Of a stretch of DNA of 28,040 bases, positions 1 through 7,018 are shown piece after piece; within the stretch, counting starts at the first letter, position 1, and each line of letters starts with the position of its first letter. This stretch comes from a virus. Its lineage: Duplodnaviria; Caudoviricetes. Both the position numbers and the translations under genes were made by a program. The notes under the pieces were generated by a model. It saw only the letters and a program-made list of their open reading frames with translations, did not search any database and was not told the origin of the DNA. The stretch spans positions 1 through 28,040 of IMG/VR virus record IMGVR_UViG_3300011335_000482. One strand, given 5' to 3'.

Positions 1-104
1 CGGTTGTCGTGATCTGCCTCTTGCGCTGCAGACATCAAATTGAGCACTGCTTGGTGGCTGTCGAAGTCAATCGCGTAGTCATCGCCTGATTCGTACTTAG
101 CCAT
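1..104 (-). CDS. Portal protein, N-terminal fragment (continues beyond the window start)
   Basis: Not in the ORF track. ATG at 104 overlaps the terL stop (TGATG) and reads MAKYESGDDYAIDFDSHQAVLNLMSAAQEADHDN, open to the edge. The gene after terL in P22-like phages is the portal. Confidence 0.75.
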   Translation of the reverse strand, partial: MAKYESGDDYAIDFDSHQAVLNLMSAAQEADHDN

Positions 105-1525
105 CACGCCCATCCTTTAAATTTGATTTGCTTGACCGCTGCCAGCTTAGGCTTGGGTCGGTACATTGCCATCATGAGCGCGTCGGCCATGTTGGGTGAT
201 GGTATCTCATACGGCTTCTTCGCCATCTCGATCTTGGACATTATTTGTATTTTACCAGTATTTGTGCGCTTTAGGGGAATCCGGCAAACTTCCGAGCGGA
301 GCTGGTCTATCTTCTCGATCTTGGATGACAAGCTAATCATCTCATCAGGGTTGACGTACTGCCCCTTAGTCACCGCCCGGTATGTCGCCTCAAACCTGTC
401 GCGCAGCCTCCAGTAATACTGTGCCCGCTTATTGGCGAACGTCTCCCGGTTACTCTTGGCCCGCTGAGTGCCGCCATCAGAGTATGGGACATCTGCATCC
501 TCTGGTGACTCTGAGCCTTTGTACATAACGTATTCAATCTTTTTGTTCTCCAGCGCAGCATCTACTTGGCGCTTGAGACTTACGCCCAGGCCATCGCAGT
601 CCCATACAAAGTAATCTGCTCGATCAGCTAATGCAATATCCAGCGCCCAATCCATGCCATCTGCTGATTCGCCTGTGACCTTCTCAGTAACATTGAGCAC
701 GACGTTACCATGACGCACTGCATAGCCCTTGGAGTCGCCGCCAGTGTCAGATGGGTCGTGGCTGGCAATAATAGCGCCCTCGCCCTTCCATCCTAGCTTG
801 ACGTGAGAATCTATTGCAGCCTCAAACCAATCCACCGGAATGATGGTGTCCTCAACCTCATCATAGAACTCACCAAGCCAGATGTGCCGGTAAAGAGCTG
901 TAGACAGGTTGGCTTGGTCGTATGCTCTCTCTTGCTCGAGAACTGCCGGGAAGAACGGGTTGTCGCTGTAGTTGATCCAGATGATAAGGTGCATCTCATC
1001 TTCATAGATGCCTTCGGATCTAAGCTGCTTTTCAAACGGCTTGATGAATCGCTGGCTGAACGGATCTGCAATTGACCGGGGGTTAGCCGTCATCCAGATC
1101 TCGGAGTCATCTGATCGCAGCGTTGGAGTCAGAGCCTTAAGACTGTCCTGGCTGATTGTCTGCGCTTCCTCGACCCAGAACCTCTTGAACCCGTACATGG
1201 ATTTGATTCCTTCCGGATTCCTTGCCAATCCTCGGAACTTGAAAGCATCCTCGCCCTTGTACTGTATTGCGTTAGCCTGAACATTGAAGCCGGACAGCGC
1301 GAGCCTTTCTATTTCACCAGACAGCAGAGAGAGCACCGAATCATCCATTGTGATCTGGTACTCACGAAAGCAGGCTGTTTTGATTCCTTTGGTCTGGGCA
1401 TCCATGAGACAGATGTCGCCAACTGACTGGCTCTCGCCTGACCCCCTTCCCCCGATAAGTATCTTGAATCGCTTGGGAGTGGTTATCAGGCGCTTGAGTT
1501 TAGCCGGTAGTGTCATCTCTGGCAT
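104..1525 (-). CDS. terL: Terminase large subunit (PBSX/Sf6-like), with a variant Walker A
   Basis: 473 aa. Walker A-like IGGRGSGES, Walker B FWVEEAQ, coupling motif MTANP, RNase H-like nuclease motifs HDPSDTGGD and SPNMADALMM. Lies between TerS and portal. Confidence 0.95.
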   Translation of the reverse strand: MPEMTLPAKLKRLITTPKRFKILIGGRGSGESQSVGDICLMDAQTKGIKTACFREYQITMDDSVLSLLSGEIERLALSGFNVQANAIQYKGEDAFKFRGLARNPEGIKSMYGFKRFWVEEAQTISQDSLKALTPTLRSDDSEIWMTANPRSIADPFSQRFIKPFEKQLRSEGIYEDEMHLIIWINYSDNPFFPAVLEQERAYDQANLSTALYRHIWLGEFYDEVEDTIIPVDWFEAAIDSHVKLGWKGEGAIIASHDPSDTGGDSKGYAVRHGNVVLNVTEKVTGESADGMDWALDIALADRADYFVWDCDGLGVSLKRQVDAALENKKIEYVMYKGSESPEDADVPYSDGGTQRAKSNRETFANKRAQYYWRLRDRFEATYRAVTKGQYVNPDEMISLSSKIEKIDQLRSEVCRIPLKRTNTGKIQIMSKIEMAKKPYEIPSPNMADALMMAMYRPKPKLAAVKQIKFKGWA

Positions 1526-1883
1526 CTACAAGCCTCACAGTCCAATCGTTCTTGATGGGGCCACCGTCTGGCCCTGATAGCTCTTGCTCGGTCTTGTCCT
1601 TCCATCCAAAGTTGTTCTTTAGGCTGAAGATTGACCCAACTGGAGACTGTTGATGGAGTCGTTTTTCAAGATACATCTCAACTCTTTGCTTGGCTCTTTT
1701 TACAGTCGCATAGAATTGTTCGTCTGCACTGTAGCGCCGGAGTGATTCTGTATTCATATCAAGGTGATAGGCAAGACCAGAGACGAGAGGAGGATTCTCG
1801 TCATTGCACATTGCAAAATACTCATCAATCTTTGCCTGCATCTCTTCAGCCGACTTGATCTTGAGCGGTCTTCCTGCTGCCAT
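1500..1883 (-). CDS. terS: Terminase small subunit (P22 gp3-like DNA-packaging protein)
   Basis: 127 aa. GRP start, IDEYF, SGLAYHL, IFSLKNNFGWKDKTEQELSGPDGGPI motifs; overlaps the terL start. Confidence 0.9.
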   Translation of the reverse strand: MAAGRPLKIKSAEEMQAKIDEYFAMCNDENPPLVSGLAYHLDMNTESLRRYSADEQFYATVKRAKQRVEMYLEKRLHQQSPVGSIFSLKNNFGWKDKTEQELSGPDGGPIKNDWTVRLVDARDDTTG

Positions 1884-2029
1884 TACTCAATCGTCCCGCG
1901 AGCTTTCTTTGCTCGCTTTGCAGTATCCAGCGCAATTGCGATGGCTTGCTTTTGTGGCTTGCCAGACTTCATCTCAGTCCTGATGTTCTGAGAAACTGTT
2001 TTCTTGCTGTAGCCTTTCTTGATGGGCAT
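1883..2029 (-). CDS. Small basic phage protein (48 aa)
   Basis: Translated by hand: MPIKKGYSKKTVSQNIRTEMKSGKPQKQAIAIALDTAKRAKKARGTIE. RBS AAAGGTG, TAATG coupling to terS. Resembles the MPLKKG..QAVAIAL proteins often found near terminase genes. Confidence 0.8.
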   Translation of the reverse strand: MPIKKGYSKKTVSQNIRTEMKSGKPQKQAIAIALDTAKRAKKARGTIE

Positions 2030-2040
2030 ATGTCACCTTT

Positions 2041-2070
2041 AAAAAATACCCCTGACGATTAATCAGGGGG
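2041..2070 (-). terminator. Intrinsic terminator between lysis and packaging genes
   Basis: Minus strand CCCCTGA-TTAATCG-TCAGGGG followed by TATTTTTT. Confidence 0.7.
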
Positions 2071-2176
2071 TGGAGTAAGGCTCCATAACCGCTCAGAGAT
2101 AAACGCAAAGGGAAGGATGCGCCTGCTATCGGGATTTATAGCGTCTCTTGTGCGGAGGTGGTCATTGTATCGCAAT

Positions 2177-2380
2177 TTACTGTGCGTTGTTAATCGTTCG
2201 CTCAAGCTCGACTATATAGGTAGCCATGCTTGCCGTGCTTTCTGCGTTGAGACACATACCGCCGTCAGTCTGCATTTGGACGTCGAGGATCGGCTTTGTC
2301 GGCATTGTGATTGATTGTGGAGTCTGGCACCCGGCCAAAGTGACCAGCAAGGAACTCGCCAGGATTGCTCTGTATCTCAT
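2177..2380 (-). CDS. Lipoprotein, probable o-spanin (Rz1-like)
   Basis: MRYRAILASSLLVTLAG-C lipobox. Overlaps the upstream gene in another frame; last gene of the lysis cassette. Start moved from 2395 to the ATG at 2380. Confidence 0.7.
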   Translation of the reverse strand: MRYRAILASSLLVTLAGCQTPQSITMPTKPILDVQMQTDGGMCLNAESTASMATYIVELERTINNAQ

Positions 2381-2474
2381 CGACAGTTGCCTCATGTTGT
2401 TGCTGCTCCTGTTTAGCCATTGCCCGCTTCAGGATCGCCAGCAGGCTGTTTAGCAGTTGAAGCAGGGCGCTCAC
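2265..2474 (-). CDS. Probable i-spanin (Rz-like), short
   Basis: 69 aa. Hydrophobic or amphipathic N-terminus, then a Q-rich helix; its 3' half overlaps the lipoprotein gene, as in Rz/Rz1 pairs. Confidence 0.5.
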   Translation of the reverse strand: MSALLQLLNSLLAILKRAMAKQEQQQHEATVDEIQSNPGEFLAGHFGRVPDSTINHNADKADPRRPNAD

Positions 2475-2677
2475 TTGATAGGCTTTGTGGCTTTGTATCG
2501 ACCGTAGACAGCAAGAACACCGCCTGCCGCTGTTGCTATGCCTACCACTGCTGCCGTGATTGTCGCCTGATCGTCAGGGCTTAGGACTACGCCAAACAAT
2601 TGAACGATACCGCAGATAGTGGCGACGTAGCCGCCAACTATGGATTTACTGGTGTACCAGCTTTTACCTTCCATCAC
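2471..2677 (-). CDS. Small two-TM membrane protein, holin-like
   Basis: 68 aa. KSWYTSKSI start, two hydrophobic helices, basic C-terminal YGRYKATKPIK; inside the lysis cassette. Confidence 0.65.
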   Translation of the reverse strand: MMEGKSWYTSKSIVGGYVATICGIVQLFGVVLSPDDQATITAAVVGIATAAGGVLAVYGRYKATKPIK

Positions 2678-3072
2678 GCTCTCCCGATTATCCAGTAGAC
2701 AGGTTGTTTCGAATCAAGCTCGGCCTGAATCATTGCTTGCAGGGCTTCGTAGCCCTTGAACAGTATACACCCGGCAGTGTGCTCAGTGGTGACGCCTGCG
2801 TGAACTCTGATACCTGTCCACTTGACCAGGCCATCCACTACAGACAGATCCGCAGGTTGATTATACAGCAGAATAAGGGGCTTCTTGAATCTCGCTGACT
2901 CGGTAATCTTGACGCCGTAGACGCCTTCGGGAATGCAGGTTTCGTCCTGAATCTTGACGCCTGATGGTCTTCCAATGTCTTCAAGGCACGCGCCTATCAG
3001 CTTGACCCCATCGACGTATAGCTCTGAGGTTGTGCGAGCTGTGAAGTAGGTGCGGAGTTGGGTGATTATCAT
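2674..3072 (-). CDS. DUF5675-type putative endolysin
   Basis: 132 aa. T.SELYVDG, CLED, TCIPEGVY, GIRVHAG..EHTAGCIL motifs (His/Cys pair); lies between two holin-like genes. Confidence 0.75.
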   Translation of the reverse strand: MIITQLRTYFTARTTSELYVDGVKLIGACLEDIGRPSGVKIQDETCIPEGVYGVKITESARFKKPLILLYNQPADLSVVDGLVKWTGIRVHAGVTTEHTAGCILFKGYEALQAMIQAELDSKQPVYWIIGRA

Positions 3073-3386
3073 TTACCTTCCATTCTCTTGACAATGACCT
3101 GTTCAATTAACGCTACTGCCCTTCCACCCATGTGCCCAGCAATGCCTGCCGCGGCAGAGGTGAAGGCGAACGACAATCCCAAGTCAATGCAAATGTACGC
3201 CGTGATGATTCCTGAAAATCCGCTTATAGACCATTCTCCTACTAGCTCGATTATGGAAAATGGCGTTTTGTCTCGATTGCGCCTGCTGATGTAATTTGCC
3301 GTACCGCCCCAGAACGCCATCATAACAAACCACCCGTAAGCTATGTTTTCTACAATCCATGCACAAAGTCGATGCCCAAATTCCAT
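3069..3386 (-). CDS. Holin (LydA-like)
   Basis: 105 aa, about three TM segments, motifs WGGTANYI, ISGFSG and AGIAGHMGGRA. Confidence 0.8.
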   Translation of the reverse strand: MEFGHRLCAWIVENIAYGWFVMMAFWGGTANYISRRNRDKTPFSIIELVGEWSISGFSGIITAYICIDLGLSFAFTSAAAGIAGHMGGRAVALIEQVIVKRMEGK

Positions 3387-3434
3387 CTGTCCATCCCCGT
3401 AATCAGTTTCATTGATTATGGCGAAAATGCGAAT

Positions 3435-3671
3435 TTATTGCAATGTAGGCTTGACAGTCAGGACATAGCGACCGCAGTCGAAGCTCAGAGGCTTGTCGTT
3501 TAGAGACTCCTGACGCTTGATCTCTATACAGCCCGCAATCACAACACGGAACAGGTCTGGCATATCCTTATGCCATCGCGTAAGTGTGTCGGCACTGCGC
3601 CCGGTCATGCGGACAGCTTCGGCAAGGCTTTTCAGCCCTGCCTGCTTTGCGTATTTGCTGGCGGTGGTCAT
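3435..3671 (-). CDS. Small HTH DNA-binding protein
   Basis: AKQAGLKSLAEAVRMTGRSADTLTRW is an HTH pattern; ATGA overlap with the upstream gene. Confidence 0.65.
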   Translation of the reverse strand: MTTASKYAKQAGLKSLAEAVRMTGRSADTLTRWHKDMPDLFRVVIAGCIEIKRQESLNDKPLSFDCGRYVLTVKPTLQ

Positions 3672-3952
3672 AGTCCAAGCTCCGCAAGGCTGTATCGTGT
3701 GCCTGATGTAGTTGTGACTGATTTGGCGTTCTTCTTGGCAACAACGGCACAGATTCCGAAAGCCTGAAGTGAGTCGCCGACCTGAAGTGCATCGAATCGT
3801 GATTGCGCCTTGCTTTTGAATGACGCTGATATCGCCTGCGCTGCCTGCTCACCAATGCCGTGCCGACTCGCTTCCATCTGCGCGACAACTGTAAGTGACT
3901 GATTTAGCATCGCTGCGCCGTGTCTGTACAGGCTGTTTCCGTTCTTTTGCAT
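3668..3952 (-). CDS. Hypothetical protein
   Basis: ORF 3668..4009. The ATG at 3952 (MQKNGN) follows a GAGGGAG RBS, whereas the ATG at 4009 has no good RBS. Confidence 0.6.
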   Translation of the reverse strand: MQKNGNSLYRHGAAMLNQSLTVVAQMEASRHGIGEQAAQAISASFKSKAQSRFDALQVGDSLQAFGICAVVAKKNAKSVTTTSGTRYSLAELGL

Positions 3953-4013
3953 TTTTATTCTCTCCCTCGGGGCGCCGTCCTTGGCGGTGGTTGTTAGCTG
4001 TTTAGCCATTGGT

Positions 4014-4050
4014 AAAAAAGATTTCCCTAATCATTTTCCGCAGGGAAATC
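4014..4050 (-). terminator. Possible intrinsic terminator or operator palindrome
   Basis: Minus strand GATTTCCCT-(13 nt)-AGGGAAATC followed by TTTTTT. Confidence 0.5.
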
Positions 4051-4326
4051 GGATTCTGCTGTAGAAGTAACGCGTTTTCTTGCGGAAAATCGCAGATTCA
4101 ATGTATCTCGTTGTTGCTGTTCACGTCGCAAAATATGCACAATCATCTGAGCAGCATCGCGCGCTGAACCACCAGCACTAACTATCTCAAATATATTCTT
4201 ATTGTTAATAAATTTGCGCTTTAGCAGCAACCCGGACACGGCAATATGAGCAACAGTAAATATATCCGCTGCTCTTGCCAGATCTCTTAACTTTGCTTCG
4301 TGTTGAGGTTTAGCCCTGATTCTCAT
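4027..4326 (-). CDS. Hypothetical protein (AT-richer, moron-like)
   Basis: 99 aa with RBS GAGGGG and its own upstream promoter-like sequence. Confidence 0.55.
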   Translation of the reverse strand: MRIRAKPQHEAKLRDLARAADIFTVAHIAVSGLLLKRKFINNKNIFEIVSAGGSARDAAQMIVHILRREQQQRDTLNLRFSARKRVTSTAESDFPAEND

Positions 4327-4367
4327 TTTCTTCCCCTCTGGCCCGCTTTATTGCTGGCATGGGAGAT

Positions 4368-4395
4368 ATAATACTTCTTTGCGCATCATATACAA
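4368..4395 (-). promoter_or_regulatory. Sigma70-like promoter
   Basis: TTGTAT-16 bp-TATTAT upstream of 4326. Confidence 0.5.
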
Positions 4396-4422
4396 GCGCT
4401 TTTGCACTATTAGCCGGTATTT

Positions 4423-5010
4423 TTATTCGCTTTGTCTAAATTCTTTCAATCTTGCCTTAGCGGTAGCAATGGCCGCCTTGCATTCCTCGACGGTCAAAGG
4501 CGGTATCTCTCCCCGGTCAACGGCCATTTTGTACTCGCATAGTGCATCAAATTGGGCTTGACCGTAGCGGGCAATGTATCCGAGCCGGTAGTCGTGCTGC
4601 TTCCCGCCTTGGTAGGTATTACAGTGATTGCATTGCCCCACTAGGTTGCGCCGATCAAGCGTAATCGGGGAAATGCGGTATTTGCTTCCTCTGTGGAAGT
4701 AGTGGCCTGCATCACTCACCCGGCCTGTCGTGCAGCTTATACAGCCTTTGTACTTATCCTCTGCAACGACTACGCGATTAACGTCCTCTTGAGCAAGGCT
4801 TACCCATTCCGACAGTGTTCTGATACGCTCCCTTGCCTCTTTGGTCTGCGCTCGCTCTGTGCGTGCCTGCTTCGCTTTAACAGCAGGGACACGCTTCTGT
4901 GCGACGATTAGACCACATTCAGGCGAGCACCAAACGACAGTGCCTGGGAATGTCTGCTCCGGCCTGAAATAGGTCTTGCATGCCCCGCACCGGCGTTTTG
5001 CGTTAGCCAC
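4423..5010 (-). CDS. ninG: NinG/Rap-like recombination endonuclease
   Basis: RRCGAC..F, CSPEC, CISC, DAGHY, N..GQC..CN motifs of lambda NinG. Confidence 0.9.
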   Translation of the reverse strand: MANAKRRCGACKTYFRPEQTFPGTVVWCSPECGLIVAQKRVPAVKAKQARTERAQTKEARERIRTLSEWVSLAQEDVNRVVVAEDKYKGCISCTTGRVSDAGHYFHRGSKYRISPITLDRRNLVGQCNHCNTYQGGKQHDYRLGYIARYGQAQFDALCEYKMAVDRGEIPPLTVEECKAAIATAKARLKEFRQSE

Positions 5011-5284
5011 GCTTTTCGGCCTTCATTTTCTCAATCTCTCGATGCCGGTCGTACTGCCTCAAGCTGTCAATTCGTGACTGCTTGCCGGACTCGCTTTCTG
5101 GATCTTGCATTTCAAATGCAGCCCGCACGTCAACTTTTCCGCCTGCTGAAAAGTATGCCGCCTTTGCCCTCTCAAGTGAGTCAAGCACTGCCAGCTCTAT
5201 TGCTGACCGCTCTTTGACTGTGTCCTTAATTGCCAGCATCCTGTTTACGCACTCGGCGTGAGTGACCTCTGCGAAGTAACTCAT
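5003..5284 (-). CDS. Hypothetical protein with a SutA RNAP-binding-domain-like motif
   Basis: SLERAKAAYFSAGGKVDV resembles the Pseudomonas SutA segment LAKAMEEFLSRGGKVQEI (recalled). Coupled to both neighbours. Confidence 0.5.
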   Translation of the reverse strand: MSYFAEVTHAECVNRMLAIKDTVKERSAIELAVLDSLERAKAAYFSAGGKVDVRAAFEMQDPESESGKQSRIDSLRQYDRHREIEKMKAEKRG

Positions 5285-5466
5285 TTGGCCCGCTCCTTGT
5301 CTATCATCACGGCATAGGTTTGCTCGCCTATCTGCCTCGGTGACAGTCCATCATCGTCACGAATGGCTGATCCTGCCGGACATTGTTTAACAGCGCCGCC
5401 ATTCTGAAAAAAGGCTTCCATCTGCGCGGTAATGTCCAAACTGCGCATTCTTGTTTCGCTTCTCAT
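5281..5466 (-). CDS. Small SutA RNAP-binding-domain-like protein
   Basis: DITAQMEAFFQNGGAVKQCP matches the MEEFL..GG.V pattern. Confidence 0.6.
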   Translation of the reverse strand: MRSETRMRSLDITAQMEAFFQNGGAVKQCPAGSAIRDDDGLSPRQIGEQTYAVMIDKERAK

Positions 5467-5468
5467 TA

Positions 5469-5915
5469 TTATTCCCCGTGCTGCTCTCGGTTGTCCGGGT
5501 CGGTCAATGCAAACCCCTTGCCGGTAAAATAGTCGTACATCTGATCAAGGTACTTCTTTGCGCCTTTCGTGCTCAAACATCGAGTGACCGGAAAATCAAA
5601 AGGCTCCATCATCATTTCAAGTTTCTGCTCGTATGGCAAAGGCTTTATGATGCGGTCGTACTTCTCTGCCCATTCTGGTGATTCAAACTTCATCAGCTTT
5701 ACACCGAAGTGAAGTTTACAATAGCCCCGATAGTATTCGGCCTCGCAGTCGCCCTGTTCTTCGGCCTCGGTAAGCCACTTCCTTTGCAGTTTATTCTGTA
5801 GCAGTGACCGCTGAACACCCTTCACAATATCGGCAGTAAAAGGCAAGTCTCGGCCCATTATGATCTTTACCAACTGCGCCCGCTCTTGCTCTGTCCTGAC
5901 TGCCCATGTGGTCAC
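5469..5915 (-). CDS. ninB: NinB/Orf-like recombination protein
   Basis: RSLLQNKL..KWL, CKLHFG, TRCLS.....KYLD motifs; upstream of ninG. Confidence 0.7.
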   Translation of the reverse strand: MTTWAVRTEQERAQLVKIIMGRDLPFTADIVKGVQRSLLQNKLQRKWLTEAEEQGDCEAEYYRGYCKLHFGVKLMKFESPEWAEKYDRIIKPLPYEQKLEMMMEPFDFPVTRCLSTKGAKKYLDQMYDYFTGKGFALTDPDNREQHGE

Positions 5916-6073
5916 TGGTCAAGCCTCGCAATCCTCACGGCCTCACGAGCGTCTAGCAGTGCCTCTCGAAGCTCACCGACTACATGCCACATTTCATCCT
6001 CCGCAAGCTCAATCATGCGCTCCAATGCCAGCAACAATATCAATTCTTTGCGGGTCATCACTTGTGTGCTCAT
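5912..6073 (-). CDS. Hypothetical protein (53 aa)
   Basis: Translated by hand: MSTQVMTRKELILLLALERMIELAEDEMWHVVGELREALLDAREAVRIARLDQ. ATGA and GTGA overlaps at its ends. Confidence 0.6.
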   Translation of the reverse strand: MSTQVMTRKELILLLALERMIELAEDEMWHVVGELREALLDAREAVRIARLDQ

Positions 6074-6246
6074 GCGCTCACCCTCGTTTTATACCGCACC
6101 CAATCCCATATCGTGTTTATGCTCACGCCGTACTTACTGGCAAGGTCGCTCGGTCTTGCCCCGTGCCTGTGGTAGTTGTGGCGGATCTCGCTCACCGTTT
6201 CAAAAGATACTTTGACGCGACCATTCTGCAATCCATAGTTTCTCAT
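6070..6246 (-). CDS. Small HTH protein (58 aa)
   Basis: Translated by hand: MRNYGLQNGRVKVSFETVSEIRHNYHRHGARPSDLASKYGVSINTIWDWVRYKTRVSA. LASKYGVSINTIWDW is an HTH; TAATG coupling. Confidence 0.65.
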   Translation of the reverse strand: MRNYGLQNGRVKVSFETVSEIRHNYHRHGARPSDLASKYGVSINTIWDWVRYKTRVSA

Positions 6247-6404
6247 TATTTCATCGTTCCAAAATTAACCTTTCGCGTCTGAAATCTCAGTTCTTTCATC
6301 AGTTGCGCTGCGTCGAACCGAAGCTGCCGAAGCTCCCCCGGCTGGCATCTGTGCATCTGGCGATACTTTTCCTTTATTGCGTACTTCAGAAACTCTGCCA
6401 TCAT
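6246..6404 (-). CDS. Hypothetical protein (52 aa)
   Basis: Translated by hand: MMAEFLKYAIKEKYRQMHRCQPGELRQLRFDAAQLMKELRFQTRKVNFGTMK. RBS AAGGGG; stop overlaps the next ATG. Confidence 0.55.
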   Translation of the reverse strand: MMAEFLKYAIKEKYRQMHRCQPGELRQLRFDAAQLMKELRFQTRKVNFGTMK

Positions 6405-6469
6405 TCACCCCTTGTTGTTTTACCGGGCTTCCAGTTTCAAGCCACAAATTGCCGTCGAATCTATCGTCA

Positions 6470-6637
6470 TCAGAACAGATCAAGCTGGCCTGCCTTTTGC
6501 GCTTTGTTTTCGCGCAACCATTCGTGTAGATTCCTTCGCGCCCATTTAACCAGCGTACTGCGCCATTCTGGCCACTTTGTTGCTCTGGCCTGCGTCAGAT
6601 ACACCTTAGACATATAACGGCTGTTAACGTCACTCAC
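6470..6637 (-). CDS. Small protein ending in the beta-clamp-binding motif QLDLF
   Basis: Probable GTG start at 6637, overlapping the upstream TGA; C-terminus KAGQLDLF. Confidence 0.6.
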   Translation of the reverse strand: MSDVNSRYMSKVYLTQARATKWPEWRSTLVKWARRNLHEWLRENKAQKAGQLDLF

Positions 6638-6873
6638 AATCCCACACTCTGAGCTAAACTGGCCTTGTCTATCCGCATGCGATAAAACCAAACGTCACCG
6701 CGCCTGTGGCAGTCAATTACAAAGCCCTGTTGCCTAAGCTCCGCCGCAGCCGAATTGACCGCCATCACCTGCGCCCCGCTGACTATCTCCATCGTTGAGT
6801 GATCGCGGCCATCTGAAAGAAACTTGACCACTCGCTGCAATCTTTCAGACCTTGACAGTGCTGCTGCGTGCAT
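6634..6873 (-). CDS. Winged-helix DNA-binding protein
   Basis: RLQRVVKFLSDGRDHSTMEI...VNSAAAELRQQGFVIDC...WFYRM is a wHTH pattern; RBS AAGGGG. Confidence 0.7.
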   Translation of the reverse strand: MHAAALSRSERLQRVVKFLSDGRDHSTMEIVSGAQVMAVNSAAAELRQQGFVIDCHRRGDVWFYRMRIDKASLAQSVGL

Positions 6874-7018
6874 TTTGTCGCCCCTTGTGTATTTTGATGT
6901 GGGTTCTAACCAAGTCTTTCCATTCTTCCGGGCATCCAGCCAAAGCCTCGCGCTCTTTCTCTCTGTCGCCTTCGGCTTTGAGGTAATCCCGGAAGTATTG
7001 CCTGGGCATCTTTTCCAT
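6845..7018 (-). CDS. Hypothetical phage protein (57 aa)
   Basis: Translated by hand: MEKMPRQYFRDYLKAEGDREKEREALAGCPEEWKDLVRTHIKIHKGRQNARSSTVKV. TAATG coupling to the upstream ORF. Confidence 0.65.
   Translation of the reverse strand: MEKMPRQYFRDYLKAEGDREKEREALAGCPEEWKDLVRTHIKIHKGRQNARSSTVKV

Noticed and set aside
5860-6282. Plus-strand ORFs of 140, 109 and 63 aa
   Set aside because: The region is tiled by coupled small minus-strand genes below the track's length cut-off.
6265-6483. 72-aa minus-strand ORF in the track
   Set aside because: The alternative frame 6246..6404 has a clear RBS and TAATG coupling.
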